Origin: a virus
Taxonomy: Duplodnaviria > Heunggongvirae > Uroviricota > Caudoviricetes
Direction: 5' to 3' (one strand)
DNA: 40,414 nt
IMG/VR virus record: IMGVR_UViG_2917398303_000004
Coordinates: 1-40,414 of that record
Shown: positions 33,990 through 40,414 of the stretch, one piece after another
Numbering within the stretch: position 1 is the first letter of the stretch
Layout: every line of letters begins with the position of its first letter
Position numbers and translations under genes: made by a program
Notes under the pieces: model-generated
What the model saw: the letters and a program-made list of their open reading frames with translations, nothing else
Database searches by the model: none
Told to the model about the DNA's origin: nothing

Positions 33990-34019
33990 TTGCATTTATC
34001 TACTTAAAGTAGCTATATT
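33990..34019 (+). promoter_or_regulatory. pL-like promoter (TTGCAT-18-TATATT) with embedded OL operator CTACTTAAAGTAG at 34000-34012
   Basis: Sigma70-like hexamers; operator palindrome differs from the OR copy by one central base. Confidence 0.55.
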
Positions 34020-34372
34020 CTATTCACCAACAGCAAACAGCCAATCACGGTAAGCATCTCGCAGGGTTCTTACCGGGACTGGAAGAGTTACCACTTGGAG
34101 ACGGTCCTTTTAAATGTCCTGGACAGTGGCGGTACCAGCACCGATAACAGCGGCAGACGTTAAACTGTAAAAACGGAGAGATGCCAGCTCCCTCGACGGC
34201 AGTGACGGCGGGAAGTAGACCGCTGACAGCTCGGAAAGACGAGCACACAACGATGAGAACATTGACGAGCAAGGCATAAAGGCAGGTTCAATTCCTGCCA
34301 CCAGCATAATAATGGTGGTGATGGGCAGGGAAAAGGTCCGTTCAATTCGGACACCGGCAGTGTTCTCTTCGT

Positions 34373-34496
34373 TGTGTTGTAGCTCAATAGGTAGAGCGCC
34401 TCCTGAAGGAGGAGTTGAGCACTAACCAAGGATCATAACCCAGTTATCTCATGCGGCTGGCCAGACGTTATCCGGGTTCGAGTCCCGGCAGCACAA
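34373..34496 (+). ncRNA. tRNA-like element with canonical acceptor, D-arm and T-arm but an aberrant 74-nt central region
   Basis: Acceptor TGTGTTG/CAGCACA, D-arm GCTC-AATAGGTA-GAGC, T-arm CCGGG-TTCGAGT-CCCGG; no canonical anticodon arm could be folded by eye. Confidence 0.4.
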
Positions 34497-34574
34497 CTCA
34501 CAACATGAAAGCGCACTCCTTTACTTACCAGTTATGGGTGACAGGTGTGAAACAGGTGGAGTGCGCTTCCAGTT

Positions 34575-34653
34575 GCGGCATTAGCTCAGTTGGATAGAGC
34601 AACGGCCTTCTAAGCCGTGTGGGTCGCAGGTTCGAATCCTGCATGCTGCACCA
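34575..34653 (+). tRNA. tRNA-Arg (anticodon UCU) with encoded CCA
   Basis: Hand-folded cloverleaf: 7-bp acceptor, D-arm, anticodon stem ACGGC/GCCGT with loop CTTCTAA, 7-nt variable loop, T-arm GCAGG-TTCGAAT-CCTGC; resembles argU-type tRNA. Confidence 0.8.
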
Positions 34654-34997
34654 GAATCACGTAGCCAGCGTGGTACCAGGAAGTAAGAAAGCTGTGTGGA
34701 GTCTTGGCGGTACCAGTACCAACCTTTGAAGTCCCTGGTGCCGCCCTTTTTACTCAACTGAAAGCGCGTTCTGTCCCTTGTCATTAAGTGCCAGTTCGTT
34801 AAATCCAAAACCAGCGGAACGCGCTTTCAATTGAGTGGAGAAACTAACCGGCGATTGCAGTCGCCCGTTTCACTAAGTGCCTCTTGATGGGGCATTTACT
34901 GAAACGAAACCAAAACTTTTATTCGCCTTTTGGCGAGGGATTCGTGCAACCAAAATTCAGCGCCGTGCAGGGCGCATATAACACGGAGAAACTAACC

Positions 34998-35480
34998 ATG
35001 ACGACCACACAGAACGTCACTGAGTTACAACCACGTATGACAAGAGAGCAACTGATCGATGCAGCCCGTAAAGCGGCCCCTCTCCTTCCGGTTGCTTACC
35101 GCGGGATCATGACCGAACTGGCTAACCGTCTTGATATCGTCAGCGTGGCGCTTTGCGAGTCAATGGAACAGCGTAAAGCACTGGCCATCGAGAACACCGT
35201 TTTACGAGACGATGTTAATTGTTGGGCCAAAGAGTGCGACCGCATCGTTGAACGTCATACCAAATCGCCGACCAATATGCACATGCTGGAGGCGCAGAGA
35301 GAATTACGCGAGTTAACTCCGGTAACCGATCAGGTTATTCGCGATATCCAAGCCACTGGCGTGGAAAAGTTCGCAAACGTCACTATTGCCATTGGGAAAG
35401 AAGAGCAACAAGAAACCATTGTTTACGCTGGGAATCAGGCTCTCTTATTCGCTAACCAACTCCGTGAAGGTATTGCGTAA
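34998..35480 (+). CDS. Hypothetical early protein
   Basis: Start at MTTTQ with GGAG Shine-Dalgarno; TAATG coupling to downstream ParB-like gene. Confidence 0.5.
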   Translation: MTTTQNVTELQPRMTREQLIDAARKAAPLLPVAYRGIMTELANRLDIVSVALCESMEQRKALAIENTVLRDDVNCWAKECDRIVERHTKSPTNMHMLEAQRELRELTPVTDQVIRDIQATGVEKFANVTIAIGKEEQQETIVYAGNQALLFANQLREGIA

Positions 35481-36520
35481 TGGCAGCTAACTCATTCAAA
35501 CAGATGTCCCGTGACGGAACCATCAAGCGCACCGATACCGGGATGTTTATCAGCCTTGAACATATCCACGTGCGTGAAGGTTTCAACAAGCGTGAAGACG
35601 ACGAACGCACCCGCCAGGCAGATGATGACCTGTTTAACTATCTGATGAACGGCGGCACCGTCCCTCCACTGGAGGTTATCGCACGTGATGAAGGTGGTGT
35701 GTGGGTTGTTGAAGGCCACCGCCGTCGCCGTTGCTATGCGCGTTGTGCTGAAGCTGGTAAGCCAGTAGACCGTATTCATATCATGCCGTTTAACGGTAAC
35801 GATGTGCAGCGTCTGGCTCGCATCATGACCAGCAATAACCAACTCCCCCTTTCCGATATTGAACAGGCTGCTGTTATTCAGGAGCTTCATAACGCTTTCA
35901 ACCAGACCACCAGCGAGATTGCAAAGCTGGTCAATAAATCCGTGGCTACTGTTGAGAAGTTGCTCACTCTGAGTACCGCTAATTATGACGTTCAGCAGGA
36001 AGTTAAATCTGGTGCCGTATCTGTTGATGTTGCTGTTGACCGCGTTCGCGAGTTTGGCGAACAGGCTGGTGAAGTTCTCCAGCACGATAAAGCCGTAGCC
36101 GCCGCCCAGGGGAAAGCAAAGGTTACGCGCAGTCCTATCGCTCCGGAACTCAACATTAAAAGTGCTCGCCGTTTCGTGGAGTTAATGGCCATGGCGACGA
36201 TCAGCGATGAAGGCGTATTCACTTTGCAAGGCACGGCACTGGCTGAAGCTCTGGTAATAATCGACGAACACAAAGCCATTGCTGAAGCTCGCGAAACCTA
36301 TCGCCTATCACAGCCAATTCCTACGACAGAGATTATCGGGAAAGTGCTGTATGTGAAGCTGGACGGTAAGGAAATCGGCTCGGCAATAATTTATCGCGGT
36401 AAGAACGTCACGCTCGACCTGGGTGACAGAAAAATCATCGCCAGCCAGTCAAAAGCAGTGGCCCACTTCGTTAAACAACACAAACTTCAGCAGGTACATA
36501 CCAATGCAAACGATCAATAA
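35480..36520 (+). CDS. ParB-like nuclease-domain / HTH protein
   Basis: VVEGHRRRRCYA (ParB GxRR box) followed by HTH-like segment. Confidence 0.65.
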   Translation: MAANSFKQMSRDGTIKRTDTGMFISLEHIHVREGFNKREDDERTRQADDDLFNYLMNGGTVPPLEVIARDEGGVWVVEGHRRRRCYARCAEAGKPVDRIHIMPFNGNDVQRLARIMTSNNQLPLSDIEQAAVIQELHNAFNQTTSEIAKLVNKSVATVEKLLTLSTANYDVQQEVKSGAVSVDVAVDRVREFGEQAGEVLQHDKAVAAAQGKAKVTRSPIAPELNIKSARRFVELMAMATISDEGVFTLQGTALAEALVIIDEHKAIAEARETYRLSQPIPTTEIIGKVLYVKLDGKEIGSAIIYRGKNVTLDLGDRKIIASQSKAVAHFVKQHKLQQVHTNANDQ

Positions 36521-37034
36521 CCGTATGACAGAAACTCAAATTGCTGATCTCTTCAGCCTGGCGGTTCAGTTGCAGGTTAAAGCTGAAGAATCAGATGATC
36601 GTGATACTGCCATTTTGGCCTACTCAATTCAAAACGCATGCTCAAATTTAACGGAATCCCAGCGCGAATTCCGGGCAGCAGACGCGACTATTCACAATCT
36701 TGAACTGAAACTCACAGACCAGGCAGTACAGCTCGCTAACGCCGAGAGCAAGTGCAGGGATCTGGCGGCGGAGAATGCATACATCCGGAACCGGTACAAA
36801 GAACTGGACCTGTTAATCGGGAAAAACATCCTGGTAATGCAGGCCGCGATTATCGAATGGCAGGCAACTGGCGACGCGAAGAATGGTTTGGCATGGATTT
36901 ATAACACATTGTTTGGCCCTGGCGAATTGCCGGACGAATCTGAGAAAGATGCTCAGGCCTACTTTGACCACAAATATGCACCGATTGACGAAAAGCTTAT
37001 GGCGCTTCACAAGTGGTTTTGGGAACAAAGTTAA
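36504..37034 (+). CDS. Hypothetical coiled-coil early protein
   Basis: ORF track; likely start at ATG 36504. Confidence 0.45.
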   Translation: MQTINNRMTETQIADLFSLAVQLQVKAEESDDRDTAILAYSIQNACSNLTESQREFRAADATIHNLELKLTDQAVQLANAESKCRDLAAENAYIRNRYKELDLLIGKNILVMQAAIIEWQATGDAKNGLAWIYNTLFGPGELPDESEKDAQAYFDHKYAPIDEKLMALHKWFWEQS

Positions 37035-37079
37035 GCCGAACGTGCCGCCGCTGGCATTGGCGTGAAGGGAGAGTGAGAT

Positions 37080-37373
37080 ATGTGGCGAGGAACGAATCGC
37101 GGCGGTATCCAGATGATACTCACTGCCTACGAATACGCCCCAGAAACCAAAAAATCAAAGTCGGTTTACCTGCTACGGCATCACAGCAAAGTTAAGCAGA
37201 CCACGCTTGAGCAAAAACTTGTTGTTGAGAACGATGCGTTTGGTCTGTTTAAACCGATGGTCGAGCTTGCCGACTTTCCAGAAAGATTAAGCGAACGAGA
37301 AGCGATGCTGAAGCTGGCCGACTGGCTACACCGACTTGGCGTGGCGATTGAAGATAACTGGAGCACACCATGA
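37080..37373 (+). CDS. Hypothetical protein
   Basis: 97-aa ORF in early-left operon. Confidence 0.45.
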   Translation: MWRGTNRGGIQMILTAYEYAPETKKSKSVYLLRHHSKVKQTTLEQKLVVENDAFGLFKPMVELADFPERLSEREAMLKLADWLHRLGVAIEDNWSTP

Positions 37374-37924
37374 CAACTAACCACCCGGCGCACAGCCCTG
37401 TATCACTCAATCGCCTGCACCAGATACGCGAAATACTCAGCAAAGCAGCAGCACAAAGTGATGGTGGTAATCTCGGCTACGCAATGGCTGATGCTGTGAA
37501 GGTGATTGATGGAGTTCTGGAGTCGGTAGCCCGTGAGCAAGTACGCCGTGAACATGCAGCATGGTCACTGACTACTTTCGGCGATGTCGGCCCAGTTGGT
37601 CCGCTGAAGCACCTTTCCAAAGAAGCGCTCGAGGCTGCTGCTGAACCAGACGACCTTAGCGAATGGGCTGACATGCAATTCCTGTTATGGGATGCGCAAC
37701 GTCGTGCCGGTATCAGTGACGAGCAGATTACCCAGGCGATGGTAGAAAAGCTCGTAGTAAACAAGCAACGCGAATGGCCTGAGCCGAAAGACGGAGAACC
37801 GCGACTGCATATCAAAGAGAAATCAGAACTGATGCTTCCGGAAATTGAATGCGATATCTGCGGGCATGTATCTACTGACTCAGAGGGGCGGCACTACTGC
37901 TGCGAGGATAATAGTAATGATTGA
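37370..37924 (+). CDS. Hypothetical early protein
   Basis: 184-aa ORF, overlapping start/stop with neighbours. Confidence 0.45.
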   Translation: MTTNHPAHSPVSLNRLHQIREILSKAAAQSDGGNLGYAMADAVKVIDGVLESVAREQVRREHAAWSLTTFGDVGPVGPLKHLSKEALEAAAEPDDLSEWADMQFLLWDAQRRAGISDEQITQAMVEKLVVNKQREWPEPKDGEPRLHIKEKSELMLPEIECDICGHVSTDSEGRHYCCEDNSND

Positions 37925-38570
37925 TAAATACCGTTTGGAGGATATGCGGCGCGAAAGCGGTGAAAAGGGAGAGCTTGCCCGGTGGGTTATTCAACTCCAA
38001 GCTGACCTTGATAGAGAAATAAGAAAGAGCGCTAGCGAAAGGGCTATGCTATCGCGCCTGGCAGTGATAATGCACGGTTCTGAAACAGATTTAAACCTGC
38101 TAACGGTAACCGCTAAATCGCTGGTTGAGCGCTGCAAAACCTTATCGCATGAGCGTGACGTACTGCCGGCCCAGTCATCTGACGAAGTGAACGCCGCCGC
38201 ATGGAAACTGCATGACATGCTGACTGAACACGGCCCTTTAAATGGGCGTCAGTTCAACAATCTGAAAGGCTGTTTCTACGAGGCATTAAAGGTTGCTATG
38301 AGCAACTCTCCGATAACTCCTGATGGTTACGTGATGGTCCCGAAGAAACTAACCGCTGAGAACGGCGCAAAGAGTGTGCTGTCCGGTGAGTTTTCAGAAA
38401 CGAAATTTATAAACTGCCCAGAGTGTTTTGGTGATGATGAATGCGAAACATGCGACGGAAGCGGAAGAATTGAAATCACCGTTCCTGTCACATGGACGAC
38501 CATCAAAGCTATTTGGGCTAAAGGTGTCGAGCATTTCGCAGCAGCACCTCAGCAGGAGGTGAAGCCGTGA
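37917..38570 (+). CDS. Hypothetical protein with C-terminal CxxC...CxxCxGxG zinc-finger-like motif
   Basis: CPECFGDDECETCDGSG motif; start at MIDKYRLEDM. Confidence 0.45.
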   Translation: MIDKYRLEDMRRESGEKGELARWVIQLQADLDREIRKSASERAMLSRLAVIMHGSETDLNLLTVTAKSLVERCKTLSHERDVLPAQSSDEVNAAAWKLHDMLTEHGPLNGRQFNNLKGCFYEALKVAMSNSPITPDGYVMVPKKLTAENGAKSVLSGEFSETKFINCPECFGDDECETCDGSGRIEITVPVTWTTIKAIWAKGVEHFAAAPQQEVKP

Positions 38571-38794
38571 CTAAATCAGATCTCCTCCAGAAGGTAGCGG
38601 CACTTGCTACAGAGTTTCACACACTGGCCTGCGAGCTGGATATTGGCGATGAACGCACTGAGATGTTTGAGATATACAACGTGCTGAGGAGTCTTGGGCG
38701 CAAAGGATATGCAAGCCAGATAAGCAAAGCTACCAACCCGCTGTTATGGGCGGTTGACGATAACGACGATGATTGGGATGAGGATGATGAGTGA
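38567..38794 (+). CDS. Hypothetical small acidic protein
   Basis: 75-aa ORF with poly-Asp/Glu C-terminus. Confidence 0.4.
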   Translation: MTKSDLLQKVAALATEFHTLACELDIGDERTEMFEIYNVLRSLGRKGYASQISKATNPLLWAVDDNDDDWDEDDE

Positions 38795-38858
38795 TGGCTA
38801 ACCCATACGACGTCGTGATGTTCGTGCTTCTAACCTGGGGCGTAATCGATCAAGAGAG

Positions 38859-39143
38859 GTGCGTATGGTAAGCAAACTCAAACAGCGGCGTACGCGCCGC
38901 CTAAAAGCAGATGTGGCTTGGTGGAAATCTGAAGCTGAGTACTGTAAGGCGCGAGTGTTCGAACAGGCAAACGAAATTGCTGAACTAAGAAGCATGGTGA
39001 TTCGTGTACCAATGCCGGTAATGGTGCCAGTAGAGATACTTCGTCAGCTAAATGGGAAGAGTTCGAAAGAAAGTCCATTATGTCGCAATTGCAACGATGG
39101 AACCCGTCACGGTTGTTCATCGTGTGCTTACAGAATGAAGTAA
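38859..39143 (+). CDS. Hypothetical Cys-rich protein
   Basis: 94-aa ORF with C-terminal CxxC...CxxC cluster. Confidence 0.4.
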   Translation: MRMVSKLKQRRTRRLKADVAWWKSEAEYCKARVFEQANEIAELRSMVIRVPMPVMVPVEILRQLNGKSSKESPLCRNCNDGTRHGCSSCAYRMK

Positions 39144-39176
39144 CCGGGTGCAGCCGGTTTAAGTGGAGAACTATCT

Positions 39177-39404
39177 ATGAGCGGACAAATCCAACGTTTT
39201 CTTACTCCAGATGACCTCTATCAATTAACTGGTTATCGTCGTCCTTCCCTGCAGTGTAAAGCTCTGAGGGATAGTGGAGTATTTTTTATCCCACGCAAGG
39301 ACGGCAGACCAGGAACAACATGGGATCATGTATCAAACCCGGTTGGCCTTAAGTTGATAGTGAGCAATCCAGAGGAAGAAGAACCAAACTTTAAGGATAT
39401 GTAA
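39177..39404 (+). CDS. xis: Excisionase-like protein
   Basis: 75-aa basic ORF immediately upstream of and overlapping the integrase start. Confidence 0.55.
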   Translation: MSGQIQRFLTPDDLYQLTGYRRPSLQCKALRDSGVFFIPRKDGRPGTTWDHVSNPVGLKLIVSNPEEEEPNFKDM

Positions 39405-40414
39405 TGTCTAGAGCTCGCAAAAACCCCGATGATAACTGGATGCCTCCCCGCGTTCGCCGGGGAAAATCTGCTTATGAGTTTCGCACAACAGATGGTCGTA
39501 CCGTCAGGTTGTGCAATCCTGATCTAACAAAATCGCAGGTGTGGGCAGCTTACGAAAACTTCATAAACGATTTAAAGGTTGGGACGAACTTCAACGCACT
39601 TTGTGAAGAGTTCTTTAATTCCGGCGATTTCCACGAATTAGCAACTGAAACACGTAAAGACTACAGAAAATACGGTTCAAAGGTAAATGTTGTCTTCGGG
39701 AAAATGAAGCCGGATAACATCAAGCCCGAGCACATCAGAAAATACATGGATAAACGAGGTGTTAAGAGCAGAGTTCAGGCAAATCGCGAGAAAGCATTTA
39801 TGTCCAGGGTGTTTCGGTGGGCATACGAAAGAGGAAAGGTGAAGATGAATCCTTGCCAGGGGGTTAAGCAATTTAAAGAGCAGGCTCGTACCCGTTATAT
39901 TAGCGATAGGGAATATGATGCACTTTATAGCGTTGCTTCTGTTCCCGTAAAAGTTGCAATGGAATTGGCATATCTATGTTGCGCCCGCCAGGGAGACATT
40001 CTTGACCTCAAAAAGAGTCAAATATTGAGCGAAGGAATTTTAATTCAGCAGAGTAAAACCGCAGTTAGCCAGATCAAGGCCTGGACAAAACGTCTGGAGG
40101 ATGCCGTTAATCTTGCTGACAGCATTCCTCTCAACAGCGGGATGGTGAGTATTTTTGTCATCCACCAGCCATCAGGTCTGCGATATACACGCGATGCTTT
40201 TAATGCGCAGTGGATGAAGACTAAAAAACTTGCTGCAGAAAAATATCCAGACCTCGATTTCCAGTTCACTTTTCATGATCTAAAAGCCAAAGGAATTTCT
40301 GATCTTGAAGGTACGCTGAGTGAGAAGCAGGAAATTTCAGGTCATAAAAACGCCTCGCAAACAGCGAGATATAATCGAAGAATTTCAGTTGTTCCGGTCG
40401 TCGGGGGGCAGTGA
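39404..40414 (+). CDS. int: Tyrosine recombinase / phage integrase
   Basis: C-terminal FHDLKAKG...SGHKNASQTARY matches the H-x-x-R ... H ... Y catalytic region of lambda-family integrases; stop at 40412-40414. Confidence 0.85.
   Translation: MSRARKNPDDNWMPPRVRRGKSAYEFRTTDGRTVRLCNPDLTKSQVWAAYENFINDLKVGTNFNALCEEFFNSGDFHELATETRKDYRKYGSKVNVVFGKMKPDNIKPEHIRKYMDKRGVKSRVQANREKAFMSRVFRWAYERGKVKMNPCQGVKQFKEQARTRYISDREYDALYSVASVPVKVAMELAYLCCARQGDILDLKKSQILSEGILIQQSKTAVSQIKAWTKRLEDAVNLADSIPLNSGMVSIFVIHQPSGLRYTRDAFNAQWMKTKKLAAEKYPDLDFQFTFHDLKAKGISDLEGTLSEKQEISGHKNASQTARYNRRISVVPVVGGQ

Larger units (their letters stand above)
330..40414. mobile_element. Lambdoid prophage (integrase/excisionase at right end; tail fibre and conversion gene at left end); att sites not visible in window
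   Basis: Canonical module order int-xis-early genes-cI/cro-replication-nin-Q-lysis-terminase-head-tail-fibre, read from the ORF translations; boundaries not resolved. Confidence 0.85.

Noticed and set aside
34373-34496. Calling the first tRNA-like element a canonical tRNA gene
   Set aside because: About 74 nt separate the D and T arms and I could not fold an anticodon arm with U33; kept only as a tRNA-like element or pseudogene.
34045-34808. Four minus-strand ORFs of 65-89 aa across the tRNA region
   Set aside because: They overlap the tRNA and hairpin elements on the opposite strand, have Cys/Arg-rich low-complexity translations and no start context; treated as spurious.
1-40414. Insertion sequences or transposase genes
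   Set aside because: No ORF showed transposase-like motifs and no terminal inverted repeats with target duplications were seen; the only mobile element supported is the prophage itself.

Overview
The whole 40.4-kb window reads as one lambdoid, siphovirus-type prophage of an enterobacterial-like host (HK97-like head module), laid out in the classic order. Right end: tyrosine integrase and excisionase (39177-40414), preceded by a + strand early-left operon (34998-39143). Immunity region: cI (+) with divergent cro and cII-like genes, sharing a CTACT-N3-AGTAG operator at both OR and a pL-like promoter. Leftward (- strand): O-like replication initiator with internal iterons, a nin-like region (MT-A70 adenine methyltransferase, LexA-DNA-binding-domain-only protein, RusA, Rha/KilAC, DUF968), Q antiterminator with a pR'/tR' unit, an AT-rich membrane-protein moron, lysis cassette (GH19 endolysin, overlapped spanins), an Ant-like cassette bounded by a duplicated terminator, a glycosyltransferase operon, HNH endonuclease, terminase, protease-capsid fusion, portal, head-tail and tail genes (including a G/GT chaperone with a canonical GGGAAAG slip site), tail fibre, and a convergent AT-rich acyltransferase-3 gene. 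Several core genes look disrupted (terminase large subunit and prohead protease by frame breaks; tail fibre, a holin-like gene and possibly cII-like by in-frame stops), so the prophage may be partly decayed or the assembly may carry errors. The two observations I rate most worth following up are (1) an ORF-free, roughly 850-bp leader downstream of the pL-like promoter that carries a canonical tRNA-Arg(UCU), an aberrant tRNA-like element and further T-arm-like hairpins, and (2) a translationally coupled three-gene glycosyltransferase operon directly upstream of the HNH-terminase genes. All calls rest on reading and translating the sequence by eye and on recalled family motifs; no database search or RNA-finding tool was run.
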